Positions 7,978-14,730 of a DNA stretch of 20,000 bases are shown in pieces. The stretch is from positions 13,327 to 33,326 of the forward strand of contig JANXVR010000263.1 of NCBI GenBank assembly GCA_025351565.1. Reading direction: 5' to 3'. Origin of the DNA: Actinomycetes bacterium. Lineage in GTDB: Bacteria; Actinomycetota; UBA4738; HRBIN12. Numbering within the stretch: the stretch's first letter is position 1; each line of letters begins with the position of its first letter. The translations under genes and the position numbers were made by a program. The notes under the pieces were generated by a model. The model did no database searches. It was not told where the DNA came from and was given only the letters and a program-made list of their open reading frames with translations.

Positions 7978-8205
7978 CTAGGACGCCATCCGTTTCAGGC
8001 GTCTGCGTTCCCGTTCGCTCATCCCGCCCCACACCCCGTATCGTTCGTCGCGGCGAAGGGCGTAATTCAGGCATTCGATGCGGACGGGACACTCGCTACA
8101 GATCCGCTTTGCCTCCCTCGATGAGCCTCCCTTCTCGGGGAAGAAGATCTCCGGGTCATATTCGCGACACCTCGCTCGTTCTTGCCAAGGGATGTAGTGA
8201 TGCAC
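7978..8205 (-). CDS. whiB: WhiB family transcriptional regulator (WhiB2/WhmD-type, Fe-S cluster)
   Basis: 75 aa with four Cys in the WhiB pattern (RCREYDPEIFF ... CSECPVRIEC = C-x2-C-x5-C), then GVWGGMSERERRRLKR (the G[VI]WGG turn plus a basic tail). The start is GTG at 8205, with GGGGGGAGAGAGAGC immediately upstream as the SD. The position matches whiB2 (Rv3260c) next to fbiA/fbiB. Confidence 0.93.
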   Translation of the reverse strand: MHHYIPWQERARCREYDPEIFFPEKGGSSREAKRICSECPVRIECLNYALRRDERYGVWGGMSERERRRLKRMAS

Positions 8206-8414
8206 GCTCTCTCTCCCCCCGAAATCACATCGGTGTGATTCTGCGGGAAGAACACCCTCGTTGACAAGACCTAATGCAAGGAAGTTCTCTGCCTCATCCC
8301 CTTTGTCATCGCCATGGTTACGAGGCTTCTCACCGGTTGCAAGAGCTTCGCGGCAGAAATTCGGCTGTCAATCTGGTTGACAGAACCCGTCAAGGCGGTT
8401 GACGGAACCGGTCG
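8206..8414 (-). promoter_or_regulatory. whiB upstream regulatory region / fbiC 3' region with multiple palindromes
   Basis: This is the longest intergenic stretch and is visibly lower in GC. It contains CTGTCAA-N5-TTGACAG (8365-8383) and CCGTCAA-N5-TTGACGG (8387-8405). A further TTGACA half-site lies at 8261-8266, and AATCACA-N4-TGTGATT lies at 8222-8239. A candidate promoter on the minus strand is TTGTCA (8262-8267), an 18-nt spacer, then CAGAAT (8238-8243). Confidence 0.45.
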
Positions 8415-10898
8415 CTACAGCGCGGCCGACGATGCGGGGACGATGCGATCGTAGGTGGTGGTTCGGATCACCGGGGTCCGGCCGATCTCCCTGATGGCGT
8501 CATCGAATTGCGCCGGGGTCATGACGATCCCCCACTCCGCCCCGGCCATCCTGCTGATGGTCTCTTCCATGAGGGTTCCACCAAAATCATTGGCCCCGGC
8601 TCTCAGGATAGCTTGGCACGCAACCACTCCCAGCTTTGGCCAGCTGACCTGGATGTTCGGGATCAGGCCGTCCAGGAGGATGCGAGCCACCGCGTGCATC
8701 TGCAGGTTCTCTTCGAACGTCGCGCCCGCGCGGGCCTTGCCCGCCAGGTAGATGGGCGCGTTGCGGTGCACGAACGGCAGCGGGACGAACTCCGTGAAGC
8801 CTCCGGTGTCGGCTTGGATGCGAGCGATCCTGCGGAGATGCGCGACCCAATGCGGCGGCGCATCCACGTGGCCGAACATGATGGTCGAGCTGCTTCTGAT
8901 CCCCAAAGCGTGCGCTGTTCGGACGATTTCCTCCCAAGAATCTGCCGGAAGTTTTCCTTTGGTGAGGAGCCATCTGACGTCGTCATCGAGGATCTCGGCC
9001 GCCGTGCCGGGGATCGTGCCCAGTCCGTGGTCCTTCGCCTCGGCCAGGAAATCGCGGAACGAGACCCCCAGTTTGGTGGCCCCGTTGAGGATCTCCATGG
9101 GGCTGAAGGCGTGGATGTGCATGTCGGGTGTCCGCGTCTTGACCGCGTCCAGAAGGTCTACGTAGAACGAACCGGGTAGGTCCGGATGGATCCCGCCCTG
9201 CATGCAGATCTCCGTGGCTCCCCACTCCCACGCCTCCTGCGCGCGGTCCGCCACTTCCGCGAGGGTGAGGGTGTAGGACTCAGCGTCGGCTTCCCGCTGG
9301 GCGAAGGCGCAGAACCGGCATCCCACGTAGCACACGTTGGTGAAGTTGATGTTCCGGTTGATGACGTAGGTGACCTCGTCCCCCACCGCCTCGTGCCGCA
9401 GTCCGTCGGCGACCAAGCACAGTTCGGTCAGCGCGGAGCCCTCGGCGCGGAATAGCGAGAGCGCCTGTCCATCGGTGAGCGGCCGGTGGGCCTCGGCGTT
9501 CTTGAGCGCGGTGCGGATCTCCGCGTCGACCCTGGCCGGGGACGGACCAGCCGCGTGCCAGGCGCGCGCAGCATCGCTGCCCTCGAATCCACCGTAGACG
9601 GCCCCAGCATCCTCCCGCGCTCCGGCGTCCGGTCCTTTGGCGAACGTCAGCTCGATGCTTCGCGGCTTCCAGGTGACATCGGGATCCTGCCAGGCGATCG
9701 GTTCGGGGCGCTGGCCCGCCGCGGCCAGGCCTTCGGGCCCCAAGAGTGCGTTCACCGGTCCGCGCATCTTGCCGGCCAGATAGGGATCGGGTCTGGCCGC
9801 GAACGCCGGGTAGATCGTGAGGCGTTCGCGCAGGTGCTTGCCCCGCGAGGCCGTGATGGCGGCAAGCGCCTCGATCGCGGGCCAGGGGCGTTCTGGATTC
9901 ACATGATCGGGTGTGAGCGGGCTCACGCCTCCCCAATCGTTGATGCCAGCATCCAGGAGGCGCGCTTGCTGGGCAGCATCGGAGAGGTTCGGCGGCGCCT
10001 GGACGCTCACGAAGGGGCCCATGAGCACTCTGGTCGCCGCTACCGCCGCCACGAACTCGGCGTCGGTGGGTTCTGGGGCCTGGTGCATCGCCGTCATCTG
10101 CTTCGCGCGGAAGTTCTGGACGATGACCTCTTGGATATGCCGGTACCGGCGATGCAGGTCCCGGATGGCCAAGATGGTCTGCGCGCGCTCCAGGAACGTC
10201 TCGCCGATGCCCACCAGGATCCCGGTGGTGAACGGGACCGCCATCCGCCCAGCGTCCTGGAGGGTCTGCAGCCTCACGGCGGGAAGCTTGTCCGGCGAAC
10301 CGAAGTGCGGCCCGCCCTTGGCGGCCAGCCGGTCGCTGGTCGTCTCCAGCATCATCCCCATGGACGCGCTCACCTGCTTGAGCCGCGCGATGGCTTCGTA
10401 TGACATCACGCCGGGGTTGAGGTGAGGGAGGAGGCCGGTCTCCTCGATCACCCGGATGGCCACGGCGCGGACGTAGTCCAATGTGGAGGAATACCCGCGA
10501 GCGCCGAGCCACTCCCGCGCCTCGGGATAGCGTTCCTCAGGCCGATCTCCCAGCGTGAAGAGGGCTTCCTTGCAGCCCGCCTCCCGCCCGCGGGCGGCGA
10601 TCGCCACCACCTCCTCGGGAGTAAGGAACGGGGCATGGAGCTTGGCCGGGGGCTTGGCGAACGTGCAGTAGTGGCAGTGGTCGCGACACAGCATGGTGAG
10701 CGGGATGAACACTTTGGGCGAATAGGTCACGGTGTCGCCGAAGCCCTGGTCGCGGAGGCCGGCCGCGATGGCTTGGAGTCGCTCGAGGTCAGGGCCGGCT
10801 GCGGCGAACAATGCTTCGGCTTCGTTCTCGGACAACGTCTTCCCGGCCTCGGCGCGCGCGAGCGCTCGACGCACCTGTGGGAGCGTGGGCTGGGGCAT
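8415..10898 (-). CDS. fbiC: 7,8-didemethyl-8-hydroxy-5-deazariboflavin (FO) synthase, fused CofG/CofH radical-SAM protein
   Basis: There are two radical-SAM CxxxCxxC motifs: CRDHCHYC in the CofG half and CYVGCRFC in the CofH half. The 827-aa length is typical of actinobacterial FbiC. I trimmed the 974-aa ORF to ATG 10898 (MPQPTLPQVRRALARAEAGKTLSENEAEALF). The upstream 147 codons are S/R/P-rich and lie antisense to fbiA. Confidence 0.93.
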   Translation of the reverse strand: MPQPTLPQVRRALARAEAGKTLSENEAEALFAAAGPDLERLQAIAAGLRDQGFGDTVTYSPKVFIPLTMLCRDHCHYCTFAKPPAKLHAPFLTPEEVVAIAARGREAGCKEALFTLGDRPEERYPEAREWLGARGYSSTLDYVRAVAIRVIEETGLLPHLNPGVMSYEAIARLKQVSASMGMMLETTSDRLAAKGGPHFGSPDKLPAVRLQTLQDAGRMAVPFTTGILVGIGETFLERAQTILAIRDLHRRYRHIQEVIVQNFRAKQMTAMHQAPEPTDAEFVAAVAATRVLMGPFVSVQAPPNLSDAAQQARLLDAGINDWGGVSPLTPDHVNPERPWPAIEALAAITASRGKHLRERLTIYPAFAARPDPYLAGKMRGPVNALLGPEGLAAAGQRPEPIAWQDPDVTWKPRSIELTFAKGPDAGAREDAGAVYGGFEGSDAARAWHAAGPSPARVDAEIRTALKNAEAHRPLTDGQALSLFRAEGSALTELCLVADGLRHEAVGDEVTYVINRNINFTNVCYVGCRFCAFAQREADAESYTLTLAEVADRAQEAWEWGATEICMQGGIHPDLPGSFYVDLLDAVKTRTPDMHIHAFSPMEILNGATKLGVSFRDFLAEAKDHGLGTIPGTAAEILDDDVRWLLTKGKLPADSWEEIVRTAHALGIRSSSTIMFGHVDAPPHWVAHLRRIARIQADTGGFTEFVPLPFVHRNAPIYLAGKARAGATFEENLQMHAVARILLDGLIPNIQVSWPKLGVVACQAILRAGANDFGGTLMEETISRMAGAEWGIVMTPAQFDDAIREIGRTPVIRTTTYDRIVPASSAAL

Positions 10899-10926
10899 GC
10901 GGCCGAGCCTACTACGCTGTGGTGCG
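10899..10926. promoter_or_regulatory. 28-bp divergent fbiC/fbiA spacer with back-to-back -10-like hexamers
   Basis: The spacer sequence is gcggccgAGCCTAcTACGCTgtggtgcg. TACGCT (10913-10918, plus strand) ends 8 nt before the fbiA ATG. TAGGCT (reverse complement of 10906-10911) ends 7 nt before the fbiC ATG. Neither side has an SD-like purine run. Confidence 0.35.
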
Positions 10927-11877
10927 ATGAAGGTCACGGCGCTGGCGGGCGGGATCGGGGCGGGGAAGTTCCTGCGCGGGCTGGTCCGGGCCGTGCCCGC
11001 CGAGGACGTGACGGTCATCGTGAACGTGGGAGACGACATCCTCATGCACGGGCTCCACGTCTCGCCGGACCTGGATTCGGTGACGTACTGGCTCGGCGAC
11101 GCGTTCGACCGGGAGCGCGGATGGGGACGGCGCGGGGAGACATTCCGGGCCACCCAGGAGCTGGCCGCATTCGACCCCGAGGCGGCATGGTTCGGCCTGG
11201 GTGACCTGGACCTGGCCACGCACCTGTTCCGAAGCAGGGAGCTGGCGTCGGGGGCGACCTTGAGCCAAGTGACCGAACGGGTGTGCGCGAGGTTCGGCGT
11301 CGGTGCCCGGGTGCTGCCCGCGACCGATGACCTCCTCACGACCCGGATCGATGCGGTGGATCCGGCGAGCGGCTTGGCGCTCGATCTTCACTTCCAGGAG
11401 TATTGGGTGCGCCGGCGCGCCACCGACGACGTCAAGGGCGTCCGGTTCGCCGGGGCCGACGCCGCCGGGCCGGCGCCCGGCGTACTCGAGGCCATCCGGG
11501 AAGCCGACGTCGTGGTCATCTGTCCTTCGAACCCCGTCGTGTCCGTTGGGCCCGTCCTCGCGGTTCCGGGCGTCCGGGCGGCGGTAGCGGCCAGGAGCGC
11601 CGTGGTCACGGGTGTGTCGCCGATCGTGGGAGGGGCGCCGCTCGCAGGTATGGCGGACAAGCTCATGCCTGCCGTCGGGATGGAGGTGAGCGCCGCGGGG
11701 GTCGCGCGGGCCTATGCCGACCTCTTGGGCTCCTGGGTCATCGACGAGGCCGACCGAGGTCTCGCCCGCTCGATCGGTGATGAACTCGGCGTCCCGGTGG
11801 TCGTGACCGACACGGTGATGCGCGATGACGTCGTTGCTGAGGCGCTCGCCCGCGCGACCTTGAGCGCCGGGAACTAG
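10927..11877 (+). CDS. fbiA: 2-phospho-L-lactate (or EPPG) transferase, F420 biosynthesis (CofD)
   Basis: 316 aa starting MKVTALAGGIGAGKFLRGLV, the CofD N-terminal glycine-rich signature. It continues VNVGDD...HGLHVSPDLD and ICPSNPVVSVGPVLAVPG. I trimmed the ORF-track start (10732) to ATG 10927. The gene sits directly upstream of fbiB, as in Rv3261/Rv3262. Confidence 0.92.
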   Translation: MKVTALAGGIGAGKFLRGLVRAVPAEDVTVIVNVGDDILMHGLHVSPDLDSVTYWLGDAFDRERGWGRRGETFRATQELAAFDPEAAWFGLGDLDLATHLFRSRELASGATLSQVTERVCARFGVGARVLPATDDLLTTRIDAVDPASGLALDLHFQEYWVRRRATDDVKGVRFAGADAAGPAPGVLEAIREADVVVICPSNPVVSVGPVLAVPGVRAAVAARSAVVTGVSPIVGGAPLAGMADKLMPAVGMEVSAAGVARAYADLLGSWVIDEADRGLARSIGDELGVPVVVTDTVMRDDVVAEALARATLSAGN

Positions 11878-11879
11878 TC

Positions 11880-13166
11880 GTGGAGGTCACCCCTGTCCCC
11901 GGGCTTCCCGAGATCATCCCGGGCGCCGACCTGGCGGAGCTGCTGGCGGAAGCGCTGCGCCGGCTCGGGCCTGAAGCGGGGGACGTGGTCGCAGTCACAT
12001 CGAAGATCGTCTCGAAGGCGGAGGGGCGCCTGGTGCCAGGCACCGACCGCGGCCGGTGGATCAAGTCGGAGACCGTACGCACGGTCGCGCGCCGGGGAGA
12101 TCTGGTGATCGCCGAGACCTCCCACGGATTCGTCTGTGCGAACGCGGGAGTCGACGCCTCGAACCTGGACGCCGGCATGATCGCGCTCCTGCCTGAGGAC
12201 CCGGACGCGAGCGCAGAACACCTCCGCGAGGGCCTTCGGACGCGTTTGGGCGTTCCGCTCGGCGTGGTCATCACCGACACGTTCGGCCGTCCGTGGCGGA
12301 ACGGGCTGGTCAACGTGGCGATCGGCGCCGCCGGCCTGCCCTCAGTGGTGGACCTGCGCGGAACCGCCGACCACAACGGGCGGCCCCTGGACATGACGAT
12401 CGTGGCCTTCGCCGACGAACTGGCGGCCGCAAGCGGGTTGGTGATGCCGAAGGCGGGCCGGATCCCGGCCGCACTCATCCACGGTTTCGCTGGGCACGCC
12501 AGCGCACCGGACTCGTCGGCCCGCGCTCTGGTGCGCCCTGTGGCTGAGGACCTGTTCAGATCCTCCCCGCTCCAAGCGATCGGTGACCGGCGAACCGTGC
12601 GCTCGTTCGGCGACGGTGCGGTTCCGCGGGAGGCGATCATCGCCGCAGTCGAGGCGGCGTGTACGGCCCCCGCCCCCCACCACACCCGCCCGTGGCGGTT
12701 CGTCGTGCTGGAGTCCGCGGCGGCGAAGCATCGTCTGCTCCGGGCCATCGCCGAGGCGTGGAGGGCGGACCTGCGCGCAGACCGCGCTCCGGAAGACGTG
12801 ATCGAACGAAGGATCGCCCGGAGCGACGCGGTGCTGGACGCCGCGCCGGTCCTCATCGTCCCATTCGTTCGGTTCGCCGGGGCGCATCCGTACGAGGACG
12901 CCGAGCGCGGGGGTGCCGAGCGCGACATGTTCCTGCTCTCGGGCGGGGCGGCTATCCAGAACCTGCTGCTGGGGCTCAGCGCGCAGAACATGGCCGGCAG
13001 CTGGATCAGCTCGACCCTGTTCTGCCAGGAGGAGACGCGAGCGACCCTGGGGCTCGGGGACGAGTGGTTCGCGCTGGGGACCGTTGCGACGGGCCTGATG
13101 CCGGGGGGCGGAGCCTCCCGGCCCCGCCCCCCGATCGAACCCGAGGACTTCCTGACCTGGTCCTAG
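11880..13166 (+). CDS. fbiB: bifunctional F420:glutamate ligase (CofE-like N-domain) / dehydro-F420-0 reductase (nitroreductase-like C-domain)
   Basis: 428 aa. The N-terminal half (VVAVTSKIVSKAEGR, NAGVDASN, TDTFGRPWRNG) is CofE-like. The C-terminal half (RRTVRSF, PAPHHTRPWRF, GAAIQNLLL) is nitroreductase-fold, giving the two-domain actinobacterial FbiB architecture. The GTG start lies 2 nt after the fbiA stop. Confidence 0.92.
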   Translation: MEVTPVPGLPEIIPGADLAELLAEALRRLGPEAGDVVAVTSKIVSKAEGRLVPGTDRGRWIKSETVRTVARRGDLVIAETSHGFVCANAGVDASNLDAGMIALLPEDPDASAEHLREGLRTRLGVPLGVVITDTFGRPWRNGLVNVAIGAAGLPSVVDLRGTADHNGRPLDMTIVAFADELAAASGLVMPKAGRIPAALIHGFAGHASAPDSSARALVRPVAEDLFRSSPLQAIGDRRTVRSFGDGAVPREAIIAAVEAACTAPAPHHTRPWRFVVLESAAAKHRLLRAIAEAWRADLRADRAPEDVIERRIARSDAVLDAAPVLIVPFVRFAGAHPYEDAERGGAERDMFLLSGGAAIQNLLLGLSAQNMAGSWISSTLFCQEETRATLGLGDEWFALGTVATGLMPGGGASRPRPPIEPEDFLTWS

Positions 13167-14557
13167 ACCACCCCGTGGATGAAGTACAAGGCGAAGATCG
13201 CCGCAACCACGTACATCAACGGGTGTACGTCCTTCCCCTTCCCGCGGAGCACAGCGATCACCGTGTAGGTCACGAATCCTGCCCCCACACCATTGGTGAT
13301 CGAGTACGTGAAGGGCATCATGACGATCGTCAGGAGCGCAGGGATCCCGATCCCCGCGTCGCCCCAGTCGATGTCCTTGACCAGCGTCATCATGAAATAG
13401 CCGACGATCACCAGGGCGGGCGCAGTGGCCTGAGCCGGGATGATCCCCGCGATCGGTGAGAAGAACATCGCCAGCAGGAACAACCCGCCGGTGACGACAG
13501 AGGCGAGCCCGGTACGTCCGCCTTCCGAGACGCCCGATGCACTCTCGATGAACGTCGTGTTCGATGAGCTGGAGGTGAACCCGCCGGCCACGGCCGCCAA
13601 GGAGTCGATCAGCAGGACCTTCTTCATCCCCGGGAGCTTGCCGTCCTTATCGAGCAAGCCCGCCTCGCCGCCGATGCCGATGACCGTGCCCACTGTGTCG
13701 AAGAAGTCCGACAGCATGACCGACCCCACCGCGGCAAGCGCCGTGATGATCCCGAGCTTGGAGATGAAGCCGAACGAGAACTTGCCGACCAGGTGGAAGT
13801 CCGGAGACGCCCACACCTTGTGCGGCAGCGCCGCGATCCCGAACTTCCAGTACTTCAGGTGCGAGACCTCGTTCACGATGGTTGCCAGTAGCGTCGAGGC
13901 AAGGATCCCGATGAGCAGCGCCCCTTTCATCTTGCGGGCGACCAAGGCGCCGGACACGGCGAGACCCAGAAGGAAGACGGCGATGGGCCACGTGGTGAGG
14001 TCGGGCATCAGCGAGAGCGGCGTGGCCCCTGTATTCGTCACGACGCCGGCGTTCACCAGACCGATCAGCGCGATGAACGCGCCGATCCCGATCCCGATGG
14101 CGCGCTTGAGATCCATGGGGATCGCGTTGATGATCGCTTCGCGAACACCGGTCAGCACCAAGACCGTGATGAGGATGCCCTCCGTCACGATGACACCCAT
14201 AGCCTCCGGGAACGTCAGCTTGTCCCCGAGCACCAGCGTGAACGCAACGAACGCGTTCAACCCGAGTCCGGCCGCAAGCGCGAACGGGTAGTTCGCGACG
14301 ACCCCCATGAGGATGGTCATGACGCCTGCGGCGAGAGCCGTTACAGTCAAGACCTGGGCGAACGCCAATCCCTTGCCGTCCAGCCCCAGGATCGCCGGGT
14401 TCACGAAGAGGATGTACGCCATCGTGAGCCAGGTGGTAACGCCCGCGATCACCTCGATCCGGACAGTAGAGCCGCGTTCGGTGATCTTGAAGAACCCGTC
14501 GAGTCCGCCGCCCGGTCCGGCTTCGCCGATCCGGACACTGTCGTCGGTCTTCGCCAT
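13163..14557 (-). CDS. NCS2 family purine permease (AzgA/PbuG-like adenine/guanine/hypoxanthine transporter)
   Basis: The N-terminal signature is LDGFFKITERGSTVRIEVIAGVTTWLTMAYILFVNPAIL, followed by a polytopic hydrophobic body and SSSNTTFIESASGV. I trimmed the ORF to ATG 14557 (MAKTDDS), which has GGAAGGGGGGG as an SD just upstream. Confidence 0.9.
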   Translation of the reverse strand: MAKTDDSVRIGEAGPGGGLDGFFKITERGSTVRIEVIAGVTTWLTMAYILFVNPAILGLDGKGLAFAQVLTVTALAAGVMTILMGVVANYPFALAAGLGLNAFVAFTLVLGDKLTFPEAMGVIVTEGILITVLVLTGVREAIINAIPMDLKRAIGIGIGAFIALIGLVNAGVVTNTGATPLSLMPDLTTWPIAVFLLGLAVSGALVARKMKGALLIGILASTLLATIVNEVSHLKYWKFGIAALPHKVWASPDFHLVGKFSFGFISKLGIITALAAVGSVMLSDFFDTVGTVIGIGGEAGLLDKDGKLPGMKKVLLIDSLAAVAGGFTSSSSNTTFIESASGVSEGGRTGLASVVTGGLFLLAMFFSPIAGIIPAQATAPALVIVGYFMMTLVKDIDWGDAGIGIPALLTIVMMPFTYSITNGVGAGFVTYTVIAVLRGKGKDVHPLMYVVAAIFALYFIHGVV

Positions 14558-14619
14558 CCGCCCCCCCTTCCTGCCGGGCCGGCGAACACGCAGCCGGCCG
14601 CCCTGGGGAAGGCGTCCCG

Positions 14620-14648
14620 AGCATAGGAACCGCAAGGGGCCCGCGCAA
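14620..14648 (-). promoter_or_regulatory. candidate sigma-70-type promoter for the permease gene
   Basis: On the minus strand: TTGCGC (14643-14648), a 17-nt spacer, then TATGCT (14620-14625), about 60 nt upstream of ATG 14557. Pattern match only. Confidence 0.3.
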
Positions 14649-14730
14649 GGCTCCAAGCGGGCCCTCTTTCGGTAGTCTGGCGCCCTCGGCGGGCATCCAC
14701 GAGCGTCCGCGGCACACCGGAGGCATAACC

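Noticed and set aside
8222-8239. CRP/Crp-Fnr site upstream of whiB, by analogy with CRP control of whiB1 in M. tuberculosis.
   Set aside because: The palindrome reads TCACA-N4-TGTGA. The half-sites are in the opposite order and the spacing is wrong relative to the CRP consensus TGTGA-N6-TCACA. I kept it only as a generic operator or hairpin candidate.
7356-8264. Plus-strand ORFs across the tandem repeat (302 aa FFAAGLRAA-type, 156 aa and 112 aa), and the idea that the repeat array could be a CRISPR or another non-coding array.
   Set aside because: The repeats are contiguous with no unique spacers, so the array is not CRISPR-like. The plus-strand frames run antisense through whiB and have no start context. 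The minus frame has an SD, a stop followed by a hairpin, and a known protein-family look.
8271-8315. A 14-codon upstream ORF on the minus strand in the whiB leader region (MAMTKGMRQRTSLH).
   Set aside because: There is no convincing SD, it is very short, there is no evidence it lies within the transcript, and I know of no homologous leader peptide. It is expected by chance in 200 bp.
10899-11339. N-terminal extensions in the ORF track: fbiC to 11339, the DUF5719-like gene to 5129, the L,D-transpeptidase to 3333, the permease to 14656, manC to 18554, fbiA from 10732, the EamA-like gene to 19749 and the zinc-ribbon gene to 1733.
   Set aside because: The extensions are low-complexity R/G/P/S-rich, overlap neighbouring genes and lack an SD. 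Internal starts give family-typical N-termini, signal or TM segments and SD sequences, and often stop/start overlaps with the upstream gene.
14558-14730. Possible purine riboswitch or other leader structure upstream of the NCS2 purine permease, including an 8-bp GC hairpin (arms 14637-14644 and 14657-14664) and a GGCCGGC-N9-GCCGGCC hairpin (about 14576-14598) in the putative 5' UTR.
   Set aside because: I could not find the conserved purine-riboswitch cores (the P2/P3 loop pattern and the UAUA...CUACC...ACUAUG junction pattern) in the right arrangement. The first hairpin overlaps my candidate -35 and may not be transcribed. GC-rich stems are frequent by chance here. A covariance-model scan (Rfam) would be decisive.
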